From Macrostomum lignano (taxonomy: Eukaryota), in NCBI GenBank assembly GCA_002269645.1, contig NIVC01001001.1, forward strand, positions 62,001-126,000: a stretch of 64,000 nucleotides of DNA, in the 5' to 3' direction. Below, in pieces: positions 35,509 through 46,899 of this stretch. The translations under genes were made by a program, and so were the position numbers. The notes beneath the pieces were generated by a model. It ran no database searches. It saw only the letters and a list, made by a program, of their open reading frames with translations, and was not told the DNA's origin. The first letter of the stretch is position 1; each line of letters begins with the position of its first letter.

Positions 35509-37667
35509 ATGCAACTGGGAACTTTTCAGCTCTATTCGGAGGCCAGCGCTGCCGACCTGCTAGCTACCGAACCGGATCTCGAGTGCCAAGTTGAGCACAC
35601 TGGCCGGCTGATCCTGCCTGACCGGCTGCTTCACCGATTGGCCGCTTGCCAGCCGCCATTTTTGTTTCGACTCTCGACCGCGTCGGCCACTGTGCACCTG
35701 GGCTATCCCGTGTTTCGCGGCTTTCGACCGCAGAAATCCGATGGCAAATCAATTGGCAACGCTCTGATTGCTCCAGCATGGGCGGCAAAGCAGCTGTCCA
35801 ATGCCGACTCGAGCTCGACAGCTGACACCCAGGATGCCTTCAACAACTGCAGGGCCGTATTGTCGATTGTCGCCCTGCCAACTGGTAGTTTTATTCGGCT
35901 GCAACCAATGCAGCCAGACGAAGTGTTCGGCTGGGCCAATCCGACTGCCACTCTGAATAAAAAGCTGCGCGACTTTGCCTGCCTATCAGTTGGATGCGTG
36001 TTCAGCATTCTCTATATTGACAAGTAAGCCGCAACGTCGGGGGCCGTAGCCCAGCGGTAGCGCAGCTGCTCTGGTGTGCCAGCGACCCAGGCTCGATTCC
36101 AAGTGCAGTCACATTAATTTGGGGCTGAATTGGAATCTCGGCTTGGCTCTGCTCGTGCAATCAACGGCCTTGAGAGCCAACTCCCAAGGCGCAGTGAAGT
36201 GTACATAAATAAACGATAAATAAAGTTAGGGCCGCTGTACACTCCTGTGTGAGTGTGTGCCTGCGTACGTATCCGCGCGCTTGTATGCCTGCTCAGGGGA
36301 GTCGGCGGAATGGGCAGTAATGCCTCTCGCCGGTTGTGTGCCTATGTCGCTTAAAGTGCACCAGGGTGCACAGAACCCCCTGCCTCTAATAAAAAAATAA
36401 GCCGCAACGTCTATTCATGGAGCTGTTTTGGGTAGTTGGTTGATATGCAGCTTGTTTAGATTGCTAGTTTAAGAATATGGCGCAACTGATCAACGAATCA
36501 TTGAGACCATTAAATGAAGCTACATATCCTACCTTGTCCCGATTGGGCCAGATGTGCAACCGACAGCTCAGCCGCAGCTATTGCGCAGCACATCTGAACG
36601 CTGCGTACGGCTCTGGGGGGTCGCCACACACCCTCAATTACCCCAGCTAATGCTGGCACCCATTTTACAGCTGGGTGAACTGAAGCAATGCAGAGAGTTA
36701 AGTGTCTTTTTGAAGGACACAAATCGTTCCGAGTGGGATCGGGAATCGAACCGCCGACCTTCCAGTCGTGAGTCCGACGCTCTAACCGCTTGGCTACAAC
36801 CCCCTGAGTGACCGAGAAACTATCATAACGTCTCGATCAGTTAATTCGTGGATTTTATGGAGAGCATTGAATTAATATATTTTGTCGTTATTGTATTCTA
36901 ATCTATTTAAGCCATTAGACTAGATGTTTCAGTCTAATGAGGGAGACCCTCGTATTAGTAGATGGAGTTACAGGAAACCATACCGAGAGTCTACAATGAC
37001 AGGATCTATTTTGAACTAAACATAAACTGATAATTGCAGCGACGACACTACTTAAAACGCCCCCCCCCTTCTCAGAACATTTCATTTCGAGGTGAAGTCA
37101 TTAAAGCCAGCCGAGGCAGTCTGCATAATCGACTGCGACATGCAACTGGAGTTCGACTTCTCGTCTAATGCTCCTGCTCAAGGTGCCGGAACTAGTCAAG
37201 ACGACCGAAACCGACACGACGATGTTGTACTGAACGACGATCGACTGCTTCGTTGTGGCGTCTCCACCAAGCCAGCGGTCAGTGCGGACACAACAGACTC
37301 TGACATATTAGCCAAGATGCAGCCCACCGATCAGGCACCGAGATGCAGCGACTTGCTCAGAGACGCTCTCGGTCGGGCGAGAGAGTCCGTCAATGCCGCC
37401 TCGCGTCGCTGGGGCTCGGGTGTGGAGCTGGCCTCCGGCCAGACGGTGGGCACCTCAGCGCCGCTGCTGCCACCAGCCGAAGAGGCCAAGACTAGAAAAG
37501 CAGACCCTGTACCAAATCTGTCGTACGTTTGGGGTAGCCTAAACTTTCTTCGACCGGTTGGCAGGGTCAGTTCAGATCAAGATGCTGCTCGATCGGCAGT
37601 GGATGCGCAGGATTCATTCGGCGCTGGTCGAGGCGTGCGGTTGAAAGACAGTCTGACGCCAGAGTGA
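35509..37667 (+). CDS. UFD1: Divergent UFD1-like ubiquitin-fusion degradation protein, 2 exons (35509-36023, 37076-37667), about 368 aa
   Basis: GRLILP..LL, LQP..PD....NP.A.L...LRDFACLS.G and, after in-frame splicing (AA|gtaag...cag|A), KTFHFEVKSLKPAEAVCIIDCDMQLEFD all match the UFD1 UT3 domain. The C-terminal PNLSYVWGSLNFLR and SFGAGRGVRL resemble the NPL4-binding and SHP motifs. Confidence 0.8.
36039..36397 (+). mobile_element. SINE family A, full length, with a 14-bp TSD
   Basis: TSD TAAGCCGCAACGTC at 36025-36038 and 36398-36411, A/B boxes and an A tail. Homologous to 473-831. Confidence 0.92.
36508..36804 (-). mobile_element. SINE family B, near full length, in the UFD1-like intron
   Basis: Reverse complement reads GGGGGTTGTAGCCAAGCGGTTAGAGCG...GGTTCGATTCCC plus the CORE-like domain. 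Confidence 0.85.
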
Positions 37668-39051
37668 CTGCATCGGTGTGACGTACCAGGAAACGAACCG
37701 TAAAGCCTCGAAAACATTGAAAAGTTGATGACGAATTTCAAGGCGAGCTTGATTGATGATTGGCACTTTTTGCCTGCCACTGTGTCTCTCAGCTTGATGT
37801 CGTTTAAGTTTGTTTTATTTAAGAAATCTATTTTGACTCGAGTAAATAGTTTCAATTTTATATTTTTGTTCCGATGCTCAATAAAAAATTGAAAAACTTG
37901 AAAGTGACAATCAATAGATTCGGCTATATTTTGTCTGTTTTTACCAATTTGAAGGGATTTTTTTCACCCCCATTACGGTGATGACAGTCGGGGTGATGAC
38001 CGAATGCTTGAGAGACTAGCTGAGGATGTCCAGCAGTTGCGGCTTGCCCACTGCCGAGGCTTGATCAGCGAAACTCTAGAAATTTGCAACAGCGTGTCCA
38101 ATAGTCATCTGGTGCCACCTGTTGAAGGTCCAGAAGCTCCGCCTGGGTGTTAATTAAGCGTTGATCCTTTGATCTGTTAAAAACATTAGTTGCTTTGTTG
38201 ATAAAGATTATCGGACCATAGTTACGAGTACTTTACTAAGAGTAGTGAAATACTTCACTACTGAAGTAAGCTACGATTTTGCGTTACTTTTTGTTCTCTT
38301 TCGTTACCCTCTTTTTACTTTTTTTACTTTTATTGTCTACAGAGTTTCTACATGTACATGATTTTTCGCACTGTTTCCTGCATCATGTCGACAATCGTTA
38401 GGGTTTGTGTTATAACGGTTAGATAGTCAAGCATTCGGTTAGTAGTTTTCTACCAATTTTGCGCGCCTATTAAAGTATCTACGTGTACGTGATCACCTCA
38501 ATAATTAACGTCCATTTAGTTTCAAAATTGTACTAATAAATTAAGCGTTTAAATTAAATTATTTATGATTTCGTTGCATTTTAAATGTAAAGCAGGTCGA
38601 GACGATTCACATTCTTTCGTTATAAGATTTTTAATAGGATCAAAAACAAGACGAATGAATTCTGGCGGATTTAACAAAATATGGTCCAAATAAATTGTTT
38701 TTGTAGGACCACCGCGCGCGGTTCGCAATTTTATTTGTGCCTTCTCTTTGATGCTGAAATTGATCATGGAATATATTTGAAACGCAACTAACGCAGGCTT
38801 TCGTCACTAGAACTCAATATTTAAATTGCAGCTGATTTTGCAGAACTCTGATATTTTTGGGAGACTTAGACTTAAAATCAAACCAACTAATTGAGGAGCG
38901 ACTAAAAATGAAAGCAATTATTCAGATAATTCTATCATCAGAGCGGCAACCTAAACTCGTTTTTCACCATCTTTTCGCAGAAAAATTCGCACAGAACTGT
39001 TTAAACAAGAACTCCGTCAGGACTCGAAATCAGACCAGTTTTTTCTTCGTT

Positions 39052-39510
39052 TTACTTTTCCTCATCTGTGTCCTGCTCCTGTTCTTCTTGCGGTCGACGA
39101 GCCTGCGGCTGCTTCTGCTTCTGCTGCTTCGTTGGAGCAGTTTTAGAATTCTTTTTATTCTCATCGGCACCTTCGCCTCCCATCGCATACTTCCTCAAAA
39201 TGGCCCAAACCTTCTTCTTGTACTCCTCCTGGCAGTCCTGTATCTCTTTTCGCATCTGCTCGGAGTTCATGTTGATGCCCAGGCATTGGCCGTGCAGAAA
39301 TGGATTGAAGTAGCATTCGTTTAGCTTCGGCGGCTGCCGGATGCAGAACGGGTCCAGCACGGCGCTGCAGTTCGGGGTGCAGTACGGTCTGCAACAGGCC
39401 GGGTTCATGTTTTTTGTTGCAGCTAGCTGTGGTCTTTTGTTGCGGATGAAAATTGTTTTCTTGTCTTGTCTAGCTCTGTCGACACTTAGATTTAGAATAT
39501 CCAGACACAC
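39052..39510 (-). CDS. Hypothetical small protein (Cys-rich N-part, charged low-complexity C-tail)
   Basis: 152-aa ORF with GC3-rich, coding-like codons in the CCRPYCTPNC...C segment. No recognised family. Confidence 0.35.
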   Translation of the reverse strand: MCLDILNLSVDRARQDKKTIFIRNKRPQLAATKNMNPACCRPYCTPNCSAVLDPFCIRQPPKLNECYFNPFLHGQCLGINMNSEQMRKEIQDCQEEYKKKVWAILRKYAMGGEGADENKKNSKTAPTKQQKQKQPQARRPQEEQEQDTDEEK

Positions 39511-39814
39511 TTTTGCCTTTATAGCCTTTAATTGAGCAAGTTTGGTCTGTTCTCAAGCTATCGCTGCATGTCTATGGTAAATGCAGCACCATGAAAATTA
39601 TTGACATTTGCTCAAATATTGAGTCAGGGATCGCAACTACTGTATAAATGCAGTAAAATTCCTCCTGGTAGTGCAGGGTAATGAAACCTGCATGTACTGT
39701 ACACCTTACATTTCTACTTGGCTGGCTCGTATGAACAGAACTCTGTACAGCCATTCGACGTACATGCAATTGCTATATAGGGGACTTATTAGAGTTCAAA
39801 AATTGCCGCAGACG

Positions 39815-40841
39815 AATTGCCCGCCGAGATTTCTCCAACGAGATAATTGCCCGCAGGAGATTCGCCCGCAATGCTTTTTCCTGCAGTGCACTTTTCTACA
39901 CAGCAGATTTGGTCTGCATTGCCTCCCCGATGCTTATAGTAAGTCTTAATAAAAGATTTACCCGATCCAAAACGTTTCGATGGTAACTGTATATCAAATG
40001 CATATTCTACTTAAGGTATATACACACGCTCGTACAGGAGTACATCTGTGAGCTACATGCATGTACATCTGTGAGCTACATGCATGTACATCTGTGAGCT
40101 ACATGCATGTACATCTGTGAGCTACATGCATGTACATCTGTGAGCTACATGCATGTACATCTGTGAGCTACATGCATGTACATCTGTGAGCTACATGCAT
40201 GTACATCTGTGAGCTACATGCATGTACATCTGTGAGCTACATGCATGTACATCTGTGAGCTACATGCATGTACATCTGTGAGCTACATGCATGTACATCT
40301 GTGAGCTACATGCATGTACATCTGTGAGCTACATGCATGTACATCTGTGAGCTACATGCATGTACATCTGTGAGCTACATGCATGTACATCTGTGAGCTA
40401 CATGCATGTACATCTGTAAGCTACATGCATGTACATCTGTGAGCTACATGCATGTACATCTGTGAGCTACATGCATGTACATCTGTGAGCTACATGCATG
40501 TACATCTGTGAGCTACATGCATGTACATCTGTGAGCTACATGCATGTACATCTGTAAGCTACATGCATGTACATCTGTGAGCTACATGCATGTACATCTG
40601 TGAGCTACATGCATGTACATCTGTGAGCTACATGCATGTACATCTGTGAGCTACATGCATGTACATCTGTGAGCTACATGCATGTACATCTGTGAGCTAC
40701 ATGCATGTACATCTGTGAGCTACATGCATGTACATCTGTGAGCTACATGCATGTACATCTGTGAGCTACATGCATGTACATCTGTGCTAAATGCGCTGCA
40801 AGAAAAAAGCATTGCGGGCAAATCTCGGCGGGAAAATCTCG
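39815..40841. mobile_element. MITE-like element with ~50-bp imperfect inverted arms enclosing a satellite
   Basis: 39839-39890 is roughly the reverse complement of 40792-40841 (motif GAGATTTGCCCGCAATGCTTTTT..CTGCAG). Confidence 0.6.
40040..40786. repeat. 23-bp minisatellite (GTACATCTGTGAGCTACATGCAT), about 32 units
   Basis: Nearly perfect array. Each junction forms the 12-bp palindrome TACATGCATGTA. Confidence 0.97.
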
Positions 40842-41189
40842 TGCTCCCTACTTGCTATATAGTATATAGTATATAATGCATGTAACCATACGTACTGGTC
40901 AAGCTATTAGAAACTTATCGCACTATTCATAGGGAACAGGCAATTGGAATCAAGCTTATTGATGATTCTAATTAATATGCAAAATCGAACCAGTTTGGAA
41001 TCGAGAGCTAAAGCTGTTACTTTTTTTAAACAAAAATGACTAAAACTTTTTTATTTGTTTTTGCTAATTGAATCCGTCATCACATTTGAAAGCTGCAGCT
41101 AGTGCATGACTTTTGTCCTTGCAAAATGCACAATTTTTTTCAGTTTCAGAAAAACTTTAGCTCTTATTTCTATGCGCCATATTGACTTT

Positions 41190-41720
41190 TTTACTTACTT
41201 GACTTAGCTGCAGTGCTGTCCCGGATGGGACACAGCAGGAAGGCGCGAACGCCCATTCCGCTAATCCCTGAACGGCCCGTCGCTGTATGGACGAAGGGTT
41301 GACGCCGCCCAGGGAGGTCCCCCAGTGTCGTTATAGCAGCTATGATGCTCTCTGAAAGGGAGAGTTCAGCCCTGCGGCTGGCCCGGAGGTAGTGCATGAG
41401 CTGATTAAAATTTTCTGGTTTGCACGCTTCAGTAATTGATGTGTGCGGCCCGAGGTAAGTGAGTCTGGCTCGCATATGATGGCGGGAAAGATGCTGACGA
41501 AATGTTCAACGGTTTCGTCTCCTGAGTTACATAAAAACTGCAGATGGCATTGGTGGCGTTGCCGTGCAGGTACTGGTGCCTTGAGAAGTGGCTTGAGAGG
41601 GTCATGGTGGCAGCCCGGATGTCTCTACGCGAGAGGCGCAGTAGGAGCTTCCGAAACTAGTGAGAGGGCTGAGGGACAGCGCCTCTGGATTGCCTGCAGG
41701 TGTAGTGCAGTTTGCCCAGG
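41190..41720 (-). mobile_element. 3' end relic of an R1/LOA/I-type non-LTR retrotransposon
   Basis: LLLRLSRRDIRAATMTLSSH...ICSF.NSGDETVEHFVSIFPAI (degenerate C-terminal zinc knuckle) and a TAAG-type tail. Related to 22130-22290. Confidence 0.7.
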
Positions 41721-42499
41721 TTGAACGATGCGCTATATTACTTTATATAGACTTTTTTAACTACGAGAGAGTTTCCCTCAATAGTGTTCACCCATCTTTC
41801 GGTGTTAGCTAGAAAACCCCATCAATGCATGAGTTGTCATTTTTTCTCTGTTTTGGTCGAGCGGAATGTGTCATGCGTCAATATATCATTGCGACAAAAA
41901 TAAAATTTATTTTGTGTGATATGCAAAGCAACATACATGTGATGAGGACGCACTTTTTCCCAAATCCCGCGCTAGCACATGGGCTCTAAACTTACTTGCC
42001 TACTAACAGTGGGCAATGGGCATTTTTATCCTTTTTCTGCGAATTTTCATAGAATCTATACTAGATATAATGTCTGGTCATACTAGTAGTCATAATAACA
42101 TAGGCGCAGCTTTTTGGGTCATAAATCATCGCTTTCGAAGCTGGTCTGACAGCCACCTGCGCCTCACTTAGTGTTGAGGCGGGCGCCAGATGGTCTGAGA
42201 GGATGCGGGCGGTAGCTTTTTTTCTCATCATTTTGACAGGCCATCAAGATTTATGAGGTCAGGGCCCATTGTTCGTGTTCACTCAAGCGTGTGACAGCTT
42301 TGACAGCTATGCGTTTTACCCCTAAAAGTACCTTGGGATTAGCGATTAGCAATTTCTTTTCATTATCTTCACTTTCTATTTAATAAGAGCTTTCTAATGT
42401 ATATTTTTTCATTAATTTCTGTCAATCCTACGCGAAAAGTCATAAATCATTTTGTTGCGATTTTGATTGATTTATGGCGGCACCTGTCATCTTTTTACG

Positions 42500-43990
42500 A
42501 CCCTGTGGGAACTGATAGGATCTCCCGGTCACGTGATTCTGGGTAGCAACAAGCTTAGCCAATCAGAAAATTCGGCGCTCACTTTAACAAAACGGCTCAG
42601 CCAATCAGAATCGACGTGTTCCATTATAACAAACTGCAGTCCAGTTGGCGGCTATTTAAACCGGAGTTTTTGGCCCGCTCGGACGGCAACCTCCTGGGAA
42701 CTTGGCCTCGCTTGAGACCTCCCGGAGCCTGACCGTCGTTTCTTGATCCCCGGATTGCGACTTCCCCCCATCATCATCAAGGACGAGTCCCCCGGTCATC
42801 AGCAGCGAACATCAAGTGAAGAGCATCACCTGCTAGCTAACAGCGAAGATTGTGACAGCATCATCCCGAATCTACAGCTGCAGAGCATCAAGCCGATTCG
42901 GTCACTGTGGATCACCTGGTCTCCGGCTGTTGAGTTTCTGATTAGTTGGGTGAGAGGCTGCCTAGACTTGCTTGATTGGGTGATCCCTTATCTGTCCCCT
43001 GTTTCAGTAGCTGAATTAGGCGCACACTTTTGCTCATTTTGTTCAGTAGTGCTGTTGCTGAGGCAGAAATCATTCAATAATACTGCTAGTAGTCTAAGAC
43101 TCCAATTCATTCTTAAGTGTGAGGTGAACTAAGGAGAAGGTTAAATCTAACAGTTATTTTTATCGGGTTTATTTCTTTGTTCGCCGATGGCTCAGATGAG
43201 TAGCTAAGCTAGTAGGCGCCGGTCGCAGTGGACCAATGGCAAGGCAGTTCTCAGTCGACCAATCTATCAAATCAGTGAGCAAAACTGCCAGAAGTGCAGA
43301 ATCGGCGCCAGAGATGTACTTTGTGCACTCTAGGGTAGCCAAGCGGCTCGGGTAATGAATCATGCGAGGTCTCTGAAGTTCGAGTTAGTCTATCATCAGC
43401 GCTATGAGAGGCTAGTTGGCGCGTTGAAGGCCAAAAGTACATGTCTTCGTATTTAGCAATGTAATAGTACATGTAGCTACCCCATAGACTCGCCACCGCA
43501 AGAATCCCCTGCACAAGTCCCTTCTGTACCTGCATGGCCAATGCGATCTAGTCCCAGCAGTGTCCCTTAACATCGGCTATGACTTCGAGATTGACAGCAA
43601 AAAGACACTAGTTGGCAGGTAAGTGCAAAGCCCCTTCTGTCGGAAGCCCGATTTCGAGAGTCCCGGTGTGGTGAGCCAGGGCGCACGGGCTGGTGGCAGC
43701 AAGTTAATTGATCTGCGGATTAGCTAATTTCTACTTTCAAAATTCTCCCTGCTCGTCTCTCGCTGTCCCTCTCTTAGCTATAGGACCTAGACTGCTCGCC
43801 ACACGCTCAAGCTACCATGGGGCTGACCATCTGACAGGAGTGGGGGGCCAGGTCTCTAATTGATTTATTTCTGAGCCTGAGGCCCGAAGGCTTACCTAAC
43901 AAGGAGCCCGAAGGTCGAAACCCATCAAAATCATAAAAAGGTCTCAGAAATTCGGTTCAAAGATCTGTTCAAATTTTGGCAGGCGGGTTG
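42500..43990 (+). mobile_element. LTR-like promoter-bearing repeat (boundaries uncertain)
   Basis: Two AGCCAATCAGAA boxes (about 42557 and 42600) and CTATTTAAA at about 42653, the same architecture as 14553-16571. No TSD found. Confidence 0.35.
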
Positions 43991-45040
43991 CCACGTAAAG
44001 ATACAATGAAACTTGAACTTGATTTTTTTTAATTCTTGCATGAACGTGGTGCATGACGTTTTCCCCCATTATTGGAGTGACCTCACTCCCGTTGCGGGAT
44101 TTGACTGTACCCGTAACATGTTTTTTTACTCACATGCCGCGGGATGTGCACATTAATTTTTGTTTTTTTCTGTGTTTCATGCCGCCGCGCTACCCCTACT
44201 GAAACTGCCCTATACTGAAAGTAACAAGCTCAGCTAATCGACGCATTAATTTACGGAGTCAGAAATCTCCGGTGTTTCAACGCATTGAACCACCGCGCCG
44301 CTAACGACCGCTCCGCTACGAGTACAACTATACCCTCCCCCCGGACTTGAGAACCCGGCAGTCGGAGTAAAAGGAGAAAGATTTCCGTTGTGATTCGTCT
44401 GCGCAAATTTTTCCGGTTTTATTCGTCGAACTCAACGCCGGCGGTAATTCAAACGTGGAATTCGCCCCACCCAAGGTCCTCCGTTAGTCGTCCAAGTTTC
44501 GTTAATAACATTTTCGCGTTCGTTAAAATACCATATTGCAAAGCTCGTACTAATCGTAATTAAATAACTAATGCTAAATTGTTTCCTATTCCTGAAGTAT
44601 CTTAAATACACAGAAATATATTGGCCAAACAGGCTTCTTGCCTGAGCCAACTTACTACTACTACTACTACTTTAGCTAGCCATGTTGGGGCCTAGTTATA
44701 AGTATAAGTCAACTGGTGTCTGCAAATCTTCAAAAGCAACCGTTCCAAGAAAATCTTCTCCACCCCCACCTCAAAATTTTTGGCAACTGAACGTTGGTCT
44801 GATTACGGAACGGGACGTCATCGTCGCTGCCATTAATTGGGATTGTGATTTGTGAATTGTAGTTTTTCAGTTACAGTTCCAAATTGGCCTGGAGGGATAA
44901 ATTAGCCTCGTAACTGCACTACAGAGTTGAGGAACGAAACACTTATTGTTTTTGCATGCTTTGTTATTATTTTATGTGTCCAATGTGAATATGCAGGGGG
45001 CTTGGGCGGGGCCTATAATCCTATTATCCTATATATAAGT

Positions 45041-45792
45041 GGGTTACACCGAATTCGTCAACATCTAATTCGTCAACAGACCTAAAATTTAGGAAATCGA
45101 AGGAAATCGAATTCGTCAACAGTTAAAACAAGCTGAGCGAATTCGTCAACAATAATTAAAGACAGATTTACTAAAATGTTTTTTCCTTAACGCAATAAAC
45201 GTAAATTTCTGTAATTCAATGAGCAAAATATTGCCAAAGACTTCAACAAGACTTCATGAGTGCACATTCTAAATGCTATTGTGCATACAAGACTCAAATC
45301 TAACGCTTTAATTCAAACACTTTAAGAAATAACAGCCCTTGCGGAAATTCAAATCAAACAAAGTCCCTTTCTATTGAAACAGAAGAACTTCAATTCAGAC
45401 TGTCTGTGGCCAAAATTGTCCCCGAGTAACGCGCATGCGCAGATTTGAAATTCAAAAGAAATAAAGTCACATTCTATTTCGTCAGATTAAGTATGAAGTC
45501 AGATTATAATGCGTGCAAAAATAGTTCCGGGGCTTTATTGCAATTCAACGAATTTAAAATCCGCGGGTTTTACCAGTAAAAAAAACTATTCGATTTTGTT
45601 ATTTTATATGTAGGCCCTATCTTCTCAATAGGCATTTGTATTACAATCTTTAGCATATAGTAAAGATATACTAGCTGGTCTGTTCAATAGCGTATTTCTC
45701 AGGTAACCGATTTCGTCAACAATGCTTGGTAAGGTAAACCGAATTCGTCAACAGAGTTGACGAATTAGATGTTGACGAATTCGGTGGCACCC
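45041..45792. mobile_element. 752-bp MITE (MULE/Merlin-like, GGG...CCC ends)
   Basis: 37-bp TIR GGGT(TA/GC)CACCGAATTCGTCAACATCTAATTCGTCAAC, perfect 8-bp TSD ATATAAGT (45033-45040 and 45793-45800), and a subterminal ATTCGTCAAC motif repeated internally. Confidence 0.9.
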
Positions 45793-46899
45793 ATATAAGT
45801 TAGGCCCTAACTTAGGGGCGTTAGGGCCTACACTGCTTTTGCAATGGTCTTTTCAGAATTTTCATGCTAGTGAACATTCATGCTTGTTAACAATATCCCC
45901 CAGCATTGAGTTTCAGAATTCAGACTTTATCTCTAGAGTCTGGCTACTAAAGTCAAGACTAAAGTTGTTTATATGGAGATTTTATTTGGCCCAGCAGTGC
46001 AGTAGCAGGCAGTTTTTTTCCTGAGCTAATTTTAATTTGAGGCCAATACTATAATATAATATCATATTTGTCTATACCCCTAGGCCTAATAATAAATTTT
46101 TGCTGAGTAGGCCTGCCACCTACATGGGATATAAGACTAATAATTCCCTGAATCCTGATAAGTATTTATTCTTATACTAAAGGGTTTAGATCTTAGGCCT
46201 AGTTTGAGTTTGACAATTACTTTTTAATGATAAGGCACAGATATTGTTATAGTGACCATATAAATAACAAAATGGTTAGGCCTATTTTTACGGTTAATGC
46301 ATAAGACACCATCTGGATGATTGGGCCTTAGGTCTTTACTTAATTTAATCATATAAATAGCAAAACTATTATTTTTATGGTCACTGTAGGTAGGAAGCAA
46401 AATGGCTATTTTTATAGTGGAATTTTAGTGAAATTACAATGTAATCGTTAACAATTACCTAAAGTAAGCTATTGCAAAAAGAACCAAAGAACCAATGGTT
46501 ACTACAAGTACTAGAAAGTAATCATTGTAAGCCTATCAATATATTTTAATTTAACCACCTTAGCTTAATATTTGCATTGCAAGTTTGTCACTTCATTTAG
46601 AGGGTAGGCCTATTTGTTTTAATGTTGAGCTATAAAAATAACCATCTTGCTATTTATATAATCACCGTAACAATAGGCCTAATAATTGCCTAATGATAAA
46701 CTAGGCATCTAGTAGGCCTAGGCAATACCAATATAGGTATATATATAAAGACCCAAAGATTATGATATATATCTTGCATGCAAATGCTTGCAAAAAAGAC
46801 AAGGACAGTTTATGACAGATTGTAAGGTCAGGTTAATGGCTTATAGGTCAGACTTTAGCATGGCGGTCAGTGTGGCAGTCTAGCCTTGGCCCTATTAGA

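Noticed and set aside
42743-43132. 129-aa ORF in the LTR-like region
   Set aside because: It has no gag/pol motifs, starts at TTG and sits in a putative R/U5 region.
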